From positions 1-61,161 of IMG/VR virus record IMGVR_UViG_3300037264_007944: a stretch of 61,161 bases of DNA; one strand, 5' to 3'. The notes under the pieces are model-generated. The model saw nothing but the letters and a program-made list of their open reading frames with translations. It was not told where the DNA came from and ran no database searches. The stretch comes from a virus. Lineage: Duplodnaviria > Caudoviricetes. A program made the position numbers and the translations under genes. This document shows, one piece after another, positions 34,942 through 44,472 of the stretch. Position 1 is the first letter of the stretch. The number at the start of each line of letters is the position of its first letter.

Positions 34942-35601
34942 ATGCCGATCCAGCCGATACCGCCTATCCAAGGGTACATCCCTCCGCAGGTGGCTTCGTC
35001 CGCCCAGAAGCAGATCGAGGACATGAAGGCGTTCATGTCCAAGGACGTGACGGAGCTGGCGGCCGGCCTCAAGGAGTCCGCGTTCCAGTACGACGCGATC
35101 GCCGTCCGCGGAAGGTTCATAGCGGTCCCAAGGGCTCCGGCCAACAGGATGATGAACTCAGCCATCATCGCGTGCCTCTTCGCCCTCAAGGACCCGCGCA
35201 TCGACAAGATCCTCCACGCCGTCAAAGCCCAGACGAACTTCGTCACGCCAGAGGGCGAGATTTCCACCCAGCCGATCATCCCGTGCCTCGGCACGACCGG
35301 CGATCTTCCAAAAGAATTCACCCTGGAGGAGCAACCGCCAGAGCCGCCAAGGCACATCTTCATAGAGGAGGGGCAGGCCAAGCTCGTCGAGAGGGCGGAC
35401 CAGATGGTCGCCGTGCTCGGCCCTGACGGCTCCGTCGTGAGCGTCGGGTTGGTCACCGTCTGGAATACCAAGGTCGATCCGTCCTGCCACATGGTTCGAA
35501 CCGTCGATGGTATGGAGCACGAGGAGGCGGAGTCGAGCCTGAAGGCGATCAACTCGATGGCCGACCTCGTCCGCCTCTGCTCGGAGCCGAAGCAGCAATA
35601 G
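34942..35601 (+). CDS. hypothetical protein
   Basis: 219-aa ORF with typical codon use. Confidence 0.65.
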   Translation: MPIQPIPPIQGYIPPQVASSAQKQIEDMKAFMSKDVTELAAGLKESAFQYDAIAVRGRFIAVPRAPANRMMNSAIIACLFALKDPRIDKILHAVKAQTNFVTPEGEISTQPIIPCLGTTGDLPKEFTLEEQPPEPPRHIFIEEGQAKLVERADQMVAVLGPDGSVVSVGLVTVWNTKVDPSCHMVRTVDGMEHEEAESSLKAINSMADLVRLCSEPKQQ

Positions 35602-35603
35602 GT

Positions 35604-35631
35604 GAACGACCGGCTCCATTCGCTGTAGACT
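35604..35631 (+). promoter_or_regulatory. putative phage late promoter GAACGAC-N15-TAGACT
   Basis: Motif match; ATG 35638 lies 6 nt downstream. Confidence 0.72.
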
Positions 35632-35637
35632 ACTCCC

Positions 35638-35997
35638 ATGGGTCTGCTATCGGCCGATCTTGAGCGGCACCGTTCCGGCCTGCGGAAGGTCTCCTTCATC
35701 GAGAAGGCAACCCCCGTGATCCAGAAGAAAGCCTCCACAATGGACATTCTGAAGGTCTGCCTCGAGCAGTTCTCCGGGGCCGACACCGCCATGGAGAAGG
35801 CGGCCTCCGAAGAGGATCGCGGCCGCCTCTTCACCATGCACGAGGCAGTCGAGGCCGCCTACCGAGAGAGCGTGAAGGCCGGGAAGCGTCCGGAGGCCGA
35901 CGCTCTGATCGACAAGTTCGCGGGCTGGAAGTACCTGAAGGGGCAGCCTGGAGAGGCGGGCGATCTTCACCCGTTCCCGGCGCCTGGCGAGAAATGA
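35638..35997 (+). CDS. K-x-A-motif protein
   Basis: RKVSF, QKKAS, EKAAS, DKFAG. Confidence 0.65.
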   Translation: MGLLSADLERHRSGLRKVSFIEKATPVIQKKASTMDILKVCLEQFSGADTAMEKAASEEDRGRLFTMHEAVEAAYRESVKAGKRPEADALIDKFAGWKYLKGQPGEAGDLHPFPAPGEK

Positions 35998-36164
35998 CCG
36001 AGAAGACGGCCAGGGCAAACATCAGGAAGGCCCTCGCGCTCTTGAAGAGCAGGATCAGGTTCCCGAAGATCCGTCTCCGCGAGATTCTTGAGGCGGAGGA
36101 CATCGTCACGGCCATCAAAGAGTTCTCCGGCCAGAGGGTCCTGAAGATCCTGGAGAAGCGATGA
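35994..36164 (+). CDS. small basic protein (56 aa), not in the ORF track
   Basis: MTEKTARANIRKAL...; ATGA overlaps at both ends. Confidence 0.6.
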   Translation: MTEKTARANIRKALALLKSRIRFPKIRLREILEAEDIVTAIKEFSGQRVLKILEKR

Positions 36165-37039
36165 GCTTGATGTTCGGCTTTGGCGGCCGCGGAGGGTTGG
36201 TGCAGTTCTTGTTCGGTACGCCGATTGGACCTCGCCAGATCACGCTTGGTGAGATCGCCGGGAGGAAGGCGCTCAAGGGCGCCGTAAGAGACATGATGCC
36301 AGCGGAAGACAGCAGAAAGAAGTCCGGCGAGAACCACCCGGTCCTCGAGAAGCTCGCCTTCTACTCCGCGCTGGCCAATATGTCGGCCTTCGAAAAGGAA
36401 GCGCCGTTCAAGAGCGAGGCGCAGCGCCGAAAGTTCTACGCCATGGAGTCCCGCGGCGAGATCTCCAAGAAGGAGGTCCGCAAGTGGGAGCGAGAGACCA
36501 CCGACAAGGACCTCCCTGATCGGATTCACAAGAAGGAGGCTGGCTCTCTCATCGTGAAGGGCGTCGGCCTCCTTGCTAAGGGGGTCATGGGGACTGGCAA
36601 GGTCGCCCTGAAGGCGGCGAAGCCTGTCGGCAAAGCCATGTTCCTTCCGACCACGAGGATGCAGGGTGCCGTCGGGAACGCCCTGTGGTCGACACATTCC
36701 GGCGTGTCCGCCGCGAAAGCGTACCAGCCGATGGCCCCGTCGCTTCCGCAGATGCGTCCTATGGCGACGGCGTCCAGGCAACCCTTGCAGATGGCCGCCT
36801 CCGTCGACGAGCTCATCGAGATGACCAAGCAGGCCGCCCTTGCTTCCGCCGTGGCGAAGCCGATGAGCCGCGTGGCGAAGCCGATCGGTCATGGCATGCC
36901 GGACAGCTGGCTCAAGCGCAGCACCACGGGAACGTCCCAGCTCAACGTGGCCGCCGACGCCCCGAAGGCGCTGGCGATCGCTGGTGACGCCACCCTTCAG
37001 AGGGCCGGCGCCGGGTCCAACGTCCACATCCAGAGGTAA
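36161..37039 (+). CDS. K-x-A-segmented protein containing a PFKSEAQRR module
   Basis: FEKEA|PFKSEAQRRKFYAM...HKKEA|GS; later TKQA. Confidence 0.7.
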   Translation: MSLMFGFGGRGGLVQFLFGTPIGPRQITLGEIAGRKALKGAVRDMMPAEDSRKKSGENHPVLEKLAFYSALANMSAFEKEAPFKSEAQRRKFYAMESRGEISKKEVRKWERETTDKDLPDRIHKKEAGSLIVKGVGLLAKGVMGTGKVALKAAKPVGKAMFLPTTRMQGAVGNALWSTHSGVSAAKAYQPMAPSLPQMRPMATASRQPLQMAASVDELIEMTKQAALASAVAKPMSRVAKPIGHGMPDSWLKRSTTGTSQLNVAADAPKALAIAGDATLQRAGAGSNVHIQR

Positions 37040-37041
37040 AA

Positions 37042-37596
37042 ATGACGCCCCTTAAGCAGCACATCCGCGATCTCGAGGAATCCGGCGCCGTTGAGCCGGG
37101 CAGGATCCAGAAGCTGGCCGCCTCCGCGTTCAAGCTGGAGATCGGGAAGTGGCCGCACCCGCTCGAGGCCCTCAAGGAGATGGTCGGCATCAAGAAGCCG
37201 ATCATGGAGCGCGTGATGGGCTACGTCCGCGAAGGCTTTGAAGCCGCGAAGCCGCGCGCCGGCCTGGCCGCCGCCGCCGCCGCCGCCGCGCTAGGGGTCG
37301 CCGCAGCCACAAAGCTTTACAACGAGGTCAAGTTCCAGGCCGCCATTAGCACGTTCCACGGAGATCCGGAGATCATGGCGGATTTTGACAAGGCCGAGTC
37401 AATCGCCCACATGGTCAAGCGGTGGGCTCCGTCGATCGCCGCGGATCCGCAGATCCTCAAGGGGACCGTGAAGAGCCTGATGAAGTTCCCGGACAGCTAT
37501 CTGACCTACGACATCGCCGGGAAGCTGTCTGAGACCGAGAAGAGGTACTCCGCCACCCACGGGATCTTCAGCATCCTAAAGGAGCGGGTCCTCTAA
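37042..37596 (+). CDS. putative head-associated protein with an Ala-rich hydrophobic segment
   Basis: QKLAAS; GLAAAAAAALGVAAA. Confidence 0.65.
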   Translation: MTPLKQHIRDLEESGAVEPGRIQKLAASAFKLEIGKWPHPLEALKEMVGIKKPIMERVMGYVREGFEAAKPRAGLAAAAAAAALGVAAATKLYNEVKFQAAISTFHGDPEIMADFDKAESIAHMVKRWAPSIAADPQILKGTVKSLMKFPDSYLTYDIAGKLSETEKRYSATHGIFSILKERVL

Positions 37597-37597
37597 C

Positions 37598-38530
37598 GTG
37601 GCCAACCGCAAAGTCCTGTTTCGTTCCGGCGGGAACGTCAACGAGGTGTCGCCATCCGCCGACTCCGTTTTGATCGCATCGATCGACCAGGGGTCGACGA
37701 CTTTCACGCTCAAGACCGCCGGGGTCACGCTCTACTCTGTCACCGTCTCCGGCCTCATGGCCATGAACGGGCCGTTCTCCCTGGCTCCAGCCACGGACGA
37801 CACCGGCACGATCGGCGTGGACCCAGGCGAGACCGGCGGCGATCCACTGGCGGTCGGCGCGCTGCGGCGGTTCTCGGTCATCCGCGGCCGCAAGCTCAAG
37901 TCCGGCATGTCCATCGTCTTGGAGAACTCGCTCGATATCGGGAACTCCGCGGACGGCGTAGGGCCGGCGAACACTGGCCGGATCAAGTACGAATCCGCCA
38001 CCCAGGCTCTCCGGGCCAGCGAGAACGGCGGGGCGCTCGCTGACTTGGTCCTTACCACGAAAATCCAGACGCTCTCCCAGAAGACTTTAACGACGCCGAC
38101 GATCGCTGACTTCACGAACGCGCAGCATACCCACACGAACGCGGCCGGCGGCGGCGCGATTTCGATCCCCCCGTCGCGCGAGACGTTCCGATTCGTCGGA
38201 GATGGCAACATCATCACCATGACGAACCTGGACGGAACGTGGATCGCGCCCAGGGCCTGCACGATCAAGAGGATCAGCCTCTTTCGCAGGTCCGCAGGAT
38301 CTGGCGGGTCCACTACGGTGGACGTCAACAAGCAGGGGGTCACCGTCTTCACGACCCAGGCGAACCGCCCGTCGATCGCGTTCGGGGCCGGGAACAACGT
38401 CGTGAACGCGCACACGGATATGGACGTGACGGCCGTGGCTCAGGACGACAGGATCGATATCGACGTCGACGCCGCCGAGACCGGCTCTGCCAAAGACCTC
38501 AGCGTCGTCATAGAAGTGGAGTACACGTAA
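37598..38530 (+). CDS. fibre-like virion protein
   Basis: QTLSQKTLTTPTI and HTH motifs typical of fibres; beta-rich C-terminal domain. Confidence 0.7.
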   Translation: MANRKVLFRSGGNVNEVSPSADSVLIASIDQGSTTFTLKTAGVTLYSVTVSGLMAMNGPFSLAPATDDTGTIGVDPGETGGDPLAVGALRRFSVIRGRKLKSGMSIVLENSLDIGNSADGVGPANTGRIKYESATQALRASENGGALADLVLTTKIQTLSQKTLTTPTIADFTNAQHTHTNAAGGGAISIPPSRETFRFVGDGNIITMTNLDGTWIAPRACTIKRISLFRRSAGSGGSTTVDVNKQGVTVFTTQANRPSIAFGAGNNVVNAHTDMDVTAVAQDDRIDIDVDAAETGSAKDLSVVIEVEYT

Positions 38531-39033
38531 TGGCTCATTTCCCGGCGACTAACACCGTGAATGGGATCATCATCGCCGCTGACCAGTTCGCCCTCGCCTC
38601 GAGCAAGAGGGATTTCCTGGAGACCATCATCCAGTCGACGCCGAACGACGTCGTGCGACTTCATGGAGATGGCGGCGCGAACGCCAGAGGGATAAACTTC
38701 GGCACCAGCAGGAACATGCTCCGGCTCCGCATCTCCTTCAAGGTGGACGCGGGGAACAACCACGATCTCCGCGTGCGGCTGATGAAGTACAACGACAACG
38801 ATTCGACCAGTTACGAACTGGCAAGGGCCACGAGGTCCGACATGGTCGATGGGAATCCAGGGAACAACACCTATCACGCCATGCAGCAGCTGGTGTCTGC
38901 CGGGGCAAACCCGTCGCAGAGTGACGTCATCGCCAATGTCGACTTTCTGTACTTCATCATCGACAAGGCCGCCGGGACAGTGGCCACGGGGATATCCCAA
39001 CTCACGATTGCGGCGGAGCACGAAGCACTGTGA
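38530..39033 (+). CDS. hypothetical (virion?) protein
   Basis: TAATG coupling; start ATG 38530. Confidence 0.6.
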   Translation: MAHFPATNTVNGIIIAADQFALASSKRDFLETIIQSTPNDVVRLHGDGGANARGINFGTSRNMLRLRISFKVDAGNNHDLRVRLMKYNDNDSTSYELARATRSDMVDGNPGNNTYHAMQQLVSAGANPSQSDVIANVDFLYFIIDKAAGTVATGISQLTIAAEHEAL

Positions 39034-39476
39034 GGGCAAGCCTCTCAGACTTCCTGGCCACCGCGGCGGAGGCTGTCGGGAACCGCAAGGCCGTCCGGTA
39101 CGGCTCCGTCGGGGGTCAGGTTGCGCTTGCCGTCGCTGACGGAACCAGAAAGCGCCCTGCCGGCTTCACCTGCTACGCTGCCGCGCTTGGGGAAACCGTC
39201 TCGGTCCAGAGGACGGACATCCTGGACGGGTTCTCCGGCCTTACGCCAGGCGTCGTCTATTATCTTTCGCAGTCGAACCCAGGAGAGATCACGAGCGCGC
39301 GCCCATCTTCAGGGGAAGTCCAGGTCGCCGGGGTCTCAAGGTCATCGGATAGCCTTGACGTCGGGTTTCACTGCGAGGAGGGGACGTACAACGAGCTCGT
39401 CATGAAGGACCAGGTTACAGGGGATCTCTATAAGGTGAGCGTAGTGAACGGGGCCCTGACGGTGACGCCGGTATAG
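39030..39476 (+). CDS. cement/DUF2190-like virion protein
   Basis: GLTPGVVYYLSQ.NPGEITS..P; YKVSVVNGAL. Confidence 0.6.
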   Translation: MRASLSDFLATAAEAVGNRKAVRYGSVGGQVALAVADGTRKRPAGFTCYAAALGETVSVQRTDILDGFSGLTPGVVYYLSQSNPGEITSARPSSGEVQVAGVSRSSDSLDVGFHCEEGTYNELVMKDQVTGDLYKVSVVNGALTVTPV

Positions 39477-39483
39477 GTGAAAG

Positions 39484-39921
39484 ATGCCCCCAAGAAAGAT
39501 CGCGTTCAGCATAGACGTCGAGAAGGCCAGGTTCGAGGTCAGGTCTTCCGCCAAGAAGATCATCAACGTCGGCCCGTTCGTGGAGGACTCGTTCGACGTT
39601 TCCACGGGAATCGATGCGGGACTATCTTCGAACTGGGTGTTCGACGGCGTTGAGAAGGTGGTCAGGCAGGACGGCGTGGCGATGGGAACCGTCGTGTCCG
39701 TCCCGGTCACGTTCGCCTCCAACGTGGCCGCGAATGTGTCAGGGCTATGGGAGGAAGAAGGAACCGTCCGGGTGTACTTCTCCAGGAACAACGGGGCAAA
39801 CTGGACTCGACTGACCGATGGCGTGCAAATCACCATCGGAGGGCCGGCCGGTAAAGTCGTTCGCCTGAAGGCCGAGCTTGATCCAGGGGCCATTCTCAAG
39901 GGGTGGTCGGCGCACTGGTAG
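39484..39921 (+). CDS. beta-rich hypothetical protein
   Basis: SRNNGANW Asp-box-like motif. Confidence 0.6.
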   Translation: MPPRKIAFSIDVEKARFEVRSSAKKIINVGPFVEDSFDVSTGIDAGLSSNWVFDGVEKVVRQDGVAMGTVVSVPVTFASNVAANVSGLWEEEGTVRVYFSRNNGANWTRLTDGVQITIGGPAGKVVRLKAELDPGAILKGWSAHW

Positions 39922-39930
39922 GAGCTCTTT

Positions 39931-40623
39931 ATGGAAGCGAATGAATCACCGATCCGCAAAGTCGGGATCGACCAGAAGGACAAGTCGGCTGGCTTCAGGA
40001 CCCGGAAAGGGTTCTCCAATACGTTCGCTGCCGGCCCTAATGTGAAAAGCTATTTCGACATCAGCTGGCCCTACGACGTAGACCTCGCCCTTGGGGACTA
40101 CAAGATTCCGGCGGCCGCAAACGCGGCCAACAGGCTATGGATCGAGCTCGCCCCGAACTTCGACCTGGCCATTCTCGCGGCCCCGGCGGCGATCCAGAAT
40201 GCCGTCGCCGCAGGAGACACCGGGGTCGTGCTCAACCCGTACGCGAAAGCAGCCCTCGACGGACTCCTCGCCTCGAATGGGGACGTGCAGACGTCGGAGG
40301 TCTACTTCAGGCTGACGAGCATCCCCGGAGACCCGACAGACTTCACCGCCCTCAGGATGGCCAAGTGGGATTCCGAGAACTCGAAGCTGGTGTCGCCCAC
40401 TGGGGCCGCCTTCGGTCTCGCGGCCGCCGCAGGCGACAAGATCTTCATCACGACAAGGTGGGAGGACGGCAGCTACATCTTCCCTGGCGAGTACATCAGG
40501 ATCGGAGACGAGTCCCTGGGCTCGAGCTCACTTCCCGCTGGCGTCAAGATCAGGGTCATCGTCCTGAACGAAGACGCCGCGGCCCTCACGATGTACTTCA
40601 ACCTCGTTTACTACCACAGCTAG
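39931..40623 (+). CDS. hypothetical (virion?) protein
   Basis: AGGAG RBS; 230 aa. Confidence 0.6.
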   Translation: MEANESPIRKVGIDQKDKSAGFRTRKGFSNTFAAGPNVKSYFDISWPYDVDLALGDYKIPAAANAANRLWIELAPNFDLAILAAPAAIQNAVAAGDTGVVLNPYAKAALDGLLASNGDVQTSEVYFRLTSIPGDPTDFTALRMAKWDSENSKLVSPTGAAFGLAAAAGDKIFITTRWEDGSYIFPGEYIRIGDESLGSSSLPAGVKIRVIVLNEDAAALTMYFNLVYYHS

Positions 40624-40632
40624 GAGTTAAAA

Positions 40633-41157
40633 GTGAGCGTGATGCGAGGGACGATAGGGTTCAGCCGCAAGAAGGCGAACTTCATATCTAAAGTCATCCG
40701 CTGGTTCACCCGCAGCCAGTGGTCCCACACCTACATCATCTACCAGGACGCTCCGGAGATCCTCGTCGTCGAGGCCGGGACGTTCACTGTCCAGCTGGTC
40801 CCGATCACGAAGTACGAGTCGGCGAAGTACGTAAACACGTTCTTCGTCCCAAGGCACGTCAGCGTGGAACTCGTCGAGGCGGGCATCAAGAAGGTCCAGG
40901 AAAAGGTCGAGGCGACGTACGGCTGGCTTCAGCTTATCGGGTTCATCCCCGTCGTGATCGCCCGCAGGCTTCTTGGCATGACGATCTCCAACCCGGCGCG
41001 CGGCGGGATCATCTGCTCCGAACTCGTCCTGATATACCTTCGCGAAGCGGATCCGGACGGCCCGTGGAAGGACGCGGACCGGAACGCCGTCTCTCCAGAG
41101 GACATCTACGAGGAGCTGCTCCTGAGTCCACTGTTCGAGAAGGTGGAGTCGACTTAG
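40633..41157 (+). CDS. permuted papain-like amidase (YiiX/YebB, C92-like)
   Basis: SKVIRWFTRSQWSH (His before Cys), VVEA, ICSELV, VSPED. Confidence 0.78.
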   Translation: MSVMRGTIGFSRKKANFISKVIRWFTRSQWSHTYIIYQDAPEILVVEAGTFTVQLVPITKYESAKYVNTFFVPRHVSVELVEAGIKKVQEKVEATYGWLQLIGFIPVVIARRLLGMTISNPARGGIICSELVLIYLREADPDGPWKDADRNAVSPEDIYEELLLSPLFEKVEST

Positions 41158-41158
41158 G

Positions 41159-41186
41159 GAACGACCGCGCCCAGTTAGAGTATGAT
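41159..41186 (+). promoter_or_regulatory. putative phage late promoter GAACGAC-N15-TATGAT
   Basis: Motif match at the head of the operon leading to the protease. Confidence 0.72.
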
Positions 41187-41193
41187 TGATCGG

Positions 41194-41436
41194 GTGATGG
41201 CTCAGAAGCGAGTGGGCAGAACGTGGCTCCTGAGGGGCGAGATCCAAAAAGGAAAGCTCATCATCAAGACCGTCGACAAGGTCGTCGAGGCGTCCAGCGA
41301 GGAAGAGCTTGAGTCTGCCGAGCGCGAGCTCCGGTCCGCCCTCGCTGAGGAGGCCTTCCAGAACTTCAAGAAGGGCGACCTGAAGGATATAAAGATAGAA
41401 GTCCGCAGTGAAATCGACAAGTCAGACCGGCCCTAA
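41194..41436 (+). CDS. hypothetical protein
   Basis: GTG 41194 or ATG 41197 fits the promoter position. Confidence 0.55.
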   Translation: MMAQKRVGRTWLLRGEIQKGKLIIKTVDKVVEASSEEELESAERELRSALAEEAFQNFKKGDLKDIKIEVRSEIDKSDRP

Positions 41437-41454
41437 GGCCGATAGGAGACCCAG

Positions 41455-42078
41455 ATGAAAGTCGAAATCCTGAAGTCAGACGAGGGCGTTCAGATCCACC
41501 TCGAGAACGAGGATGGGTCGAAGACGGTCTGGCTATGCGACACCGAACAGGCGGCGATCTTCAAGCTCGCCAACCTGCTGTTCTCCGCCCAGGAGGACCC
41601 GAAGCAGGCCAAGCGGTCCATCCTGATCGGCGACTTCGACGCCCCGGAGCCAAAGGAGAAGCCTCTCGCCGAGCGCGCCGAGAAAATTCGCGAGGATCTC
41701 AAGAAGTCCGGCCTCGCCCAGAAGGGCGGCGACATGGCCGCCAAGGACCTCGAGAAGTTCAAGGACATCCTCAAGAAGATGCAGGAGGCGCAGGAGATCT
41801 CGGCTCCGTTCACGGTCCCGAGCATCTACGACACCCCTGGCATCAAGATCTACCCGGCATCCATCCCGCAGCCGATCCCGATGATGCCGTACATCGGCGA
41901 TCTTCCGTACAGCGTAAGCGGCACCGGCCAGCCGTGGTGGGTTCAAAGCCAAAACATCCAGGTGACCAACTTCAGCGGGGCAGCCCTCGTCGAGACTCCA
42001 GCGGCCGACGTGCTGACGGCGAACGGCTCCGCCGTGAAGATGTTCAACGTATCCATGAGCCTTCAGAGCAACGGATGA
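41455..42078 (+). CDS. hypothetical protein
   Basis: AGGAG RBS; coupled to the protease by ATGA. Confidence 0.65.
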   Translation: MKVEILKSDEGVQIHLENEDGSKTVWLCDTEQAAIFKLANLLFSAQEDPKQAKRSILIGDFDAPEPKEKPLAERAEKIREDLKKSGLAQKGGDMAAKDLEKFKDILKKMQEAQEISAPFTVPSIYDTPGIKIYPASIPQPIPMMPYIGDLPYSVSGTGQPWWVQSQNIQVTNFSGAALVETPAADVLTANGSAVKMFNVSMSLQSNG

Positions 42079-43934
42079 TCGAAAAGCGCAGCCACGTCCA
42101 GGCCTACGACCCCGTGCACGGGCAGAACGTGTTCGTGCTCGGCGGCGAGCTCGAGAAGACCGCCTCGATCGTGAAGATCGCGGAGGTTTCCGATGTCATC
42201 GCCCAGGCGATCGAGGGCCTGAAAGCCGAACCCGGACACCGCTACGTCCTTGTGAACGGCATCGGAGCAGGCGAGTTCTGGGGCTCGAACAGGAACGGCG
42301 ACTACTTCCCCGAGGGCGGCCTCAAGCACGCCGGGGAGGACTACGGGTTCCGGACGTTCCTTGCCGGCCACAACTTCCTCCATCACGAGAACAAGGACCC
42401 GCTCAAGGCCGTCGGCACCGTGAAGTGCGCCCACTACAACACGAAGATGCACCGCGTCGAGCTGCTTCTGGACACCGACCTGGCGAAGCTCGCAAAAGCC
42501 GATCCGGAGATCTACGAGAAGGTCGCCAACGGAGATCCCGTCGACGTGTCGATGGGCTCGAAGTGCGACTTCGACGTGTGCTCGATCTGCTCGCACCGCG
42601 CGGCGACGCGCCAGGAATACTGCGCTCACCTGAAGACCGCCATGAACCAGGTGATGGACGGCGGGCAGAAGGCGTATGCCTACACGCCGCACCCGCGCTT
42701 CTTCGACATCAGCTACGTCACGAAGGGCGCCGACGTCACGGCGAAGGCTCTCCACTACCTGGACAAGCAGGCCAGCCTGGCCGACAACGTCGTCTCCCGC
42801 CTGAAAGCCGCGGCATGCCCGGCCCCGGAGATGCACGAGAAGGTCGCCTCGCAGGCGACGTACTCGCTTCCGTCCTTCAAGGAGGATGACCGCTGCGTGG
42901 TTGCCCTCCTCGAGGCCGTTGAACCAACGATCCCGTTCGAGGCCCTCGCGGGCATGGCGAAGATCGGCTTCAACGAAACGCTCTCCACCTGCACGAACCT
43001 GGGCGTGATTCTGAAGCCGGAGGAGTATCAGGCCGTCGCGCTTGTCGCGCTCGGCCATGAGAAAGAGGCGCGTGCCGCGTACGACGCCGGCGCCTCCATC
43101 GATCCATCCACCGCCGGATCCTGGTTCGACCCGTCTCTCAGGCCGATCAAGGCGCAGATATCCAGCGACAACATGAGCGAGAAGGTCGCCGAGATCATCT
43201 GCGACTTCGTGCCGGAGAGGTCCATCTTCGAGCCGTTCTTCTCGTCCCGCATCGAGAGCATTTCTCACGTTCCATCCGCGACGCTCTCGAAGATCGCGTC
43301 AGCGAACGCGATCATGAAAGAAGCGTCCTCGTTCATGACGGCGGAGCTCGCCGCGGCGCTGGCGCTCGGGTACCTCATCTATAGAGGTGGGACTCCAGGG
43401 GCCGCGACGGAAACTTTGAGAGAGGCCCTCTCGAAACCCGGCATGTCGAAAAAGGTTCTGACGGTCCTCCTTCCTCTCATGGCCGCAGGGAGCGTCGTCG
43501 ACAAGATGCTCAACTACCAGCCGCAGACGTCACTCAAGACGGCCGGGTGGGGCGCCGGATGGGTCGCGCCTGTCGCCGGCACGTACCTGTACTCCGCGTA
43601 CGCGAAGAGAAAAGCTGAGCGTGGAGAGCCGATCAGCGGTCTCGAGCACATGGCGATCGACTACCCTCTCCCTCTGGCCCTTGGCGCAGTTGCCGGCATC
43701 AAGGGCCTCACTCGCAAAATCAGGGGAACGACAGGCAAAACGGGTGGTATCATTTCGGACATGAACAAGAGCGGCTCGCAGGACCTGGCGCTCGCGCTGG
43801 GCTCCGGCTTCTACCGCCCTCGCGCGTCTGGGTTGGCCGGTTACGCCGCCGACTCTGTGATTGCCGTCGGACTCGCGAAGCTTTTCGGATCGCTGAAAAA
43901 TCTCGTTACCGGCGACAAGTCCAAGAACGAATAA
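42075..43934 (+). CDS. prohead maturation protease with Zn-binding insertion and long K-x-A-segmented C-terminal extension
   Basis: NRNGDYF, HHEN, VSMG, CSIC...CAH, FFDISYVTKGAD; start ATG 42075 rather than 41535. Confidence 0.8.
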   Translation: MIEKRSHVQAYDPVHGQNVFVLGGELEKTASIVKIAEVSDVIAQAIEGLKAEPGHRYVLVNGIGAGEFWGSNRNGDYFPEGGLKHAGEDYGFRTFLAGHNFLHHENKDPLKAVGTVKCAHYNTKMHRVELLLDTDLAKLAKADPEIYEKVANGDPVDVSMGSKCDFDVCSICSHRAATRQEYCAHLKTAMNQVMDGGQKAYAYTPHPRFFDISYVTKGADVTAKALHYLDKQASLADNVVSRLKAAACPAPEMHEKVASQATYSLPSFKEDDRCVVALLEAVEPTIPFEALAGMAKIGFNETLSTCTNLGVILKPEEYQAVALVALGHEKEARAAYDAGASIDPSTAGSWFDPSLRPIKAQISSDNMSEKVAEIICDFVPERSIFEPFFSSRIESISHVPSATLSKIASANAIMKEASSFMTAELAAALALGYLIYRGGTPGAATETLREALSKPGMSKKVLTVLLPLMAAGSVVDKMLNYQPQTSLKTAGWGAGWVAPVAGTYLYSAYAKRKAERGEPISGLEHMAIDYPLPLALGAVAGIKGLTRKIRGTTGKTGGIISDMNKSGSQDLALALGSGFYRPRASGLAGYAADSVIAVGLAKLFGSLKNLVTGDKSKNE

Positions 43935-43946
43935 CGGAGGAAGGCC

Positions 43947-44438
43947 ATGCCCACGCTCGCAGAAATCTATCGCACGCTTCAGGAACACGAGACCGCCGAG
44001 AAGACGGCGTCCGTGAAGAAGCAGGCCATCGCGTCGCCCCAGAGCGGCGGACAGCCCGGCATCTCCGCGACCCTCGAGGACGTCCTCGGGTCGAACGTCG
44101 CCGAGACGAAGGTCCGCATCAAGAAGAAGCTCGAGGAAGCGGCCGGCGCTCAGGCGTCCGCCGAAGGCCTCGGGTCCCACGCCGAAGAGGCGCCCACGCA
44201 GAGCCAGGCTCCCGTCCAGGGCGACAAGATGCCCCCCGGCGGCGAGAAGGGCGTGGCCGTCCCGACCGGTCTGAGCGGCAAGCTGGCCGCAGCGGCCAGG
44301 AAGGCCGAGTCCGAGAAGGCCGCCGAGGTCGAGAAGTCGGCCGAGGAGAAGCTCGCGGAGGAGTACTTCGCCGCTGGTCAGATCCAGGCCCAGGGCTTCG
44401 TCTACGAGCTGAATCGCCTGATCGGCGAGGCGAAGTAG
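43947..44438 (+). CDS. scaffold/core-like protein
   Basis: EKTAS, KKQA, EKSA, EKLAEEYFAAGQIQAQGFVYEL. Confidence 0.65.
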   Translation: MPTLAEIYRTLQEHETAEKTASVKKQAIASPQSGGQPGISATLEDVLGSNVAETKVRIKKKLEEAAGAQASAEGLGSHAEEAPTQSQAPVQGDKMPPGGEKGVAVPTGLSGKLAAAARKAESEKAAEVEKSAEEKLAEEYFAAGQIQAQGFVYELNRLIGEAK

Positions 44439-44472
44439 TCGTCGTCCGGGCACTTCAACCAGAAGGACCACG

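Noticed and set aside
456-40635. TAG recoding suggested by in-frame genes after TAG stops (458/462, 16163/16164, 39921/39931, 40623/40633)
   Set aside because: Long genes are not interrupted by TAG, several TAGs form part of the next RBS (TAGGAG), and other TAG stops are followed by frame changes or promoters.
41535-42074. 799-aa ORF start at 41535
   Set aside because: The extension overlaps the better 41455..42078 gene; ATG 42075 gives a normal ATGA coupling.
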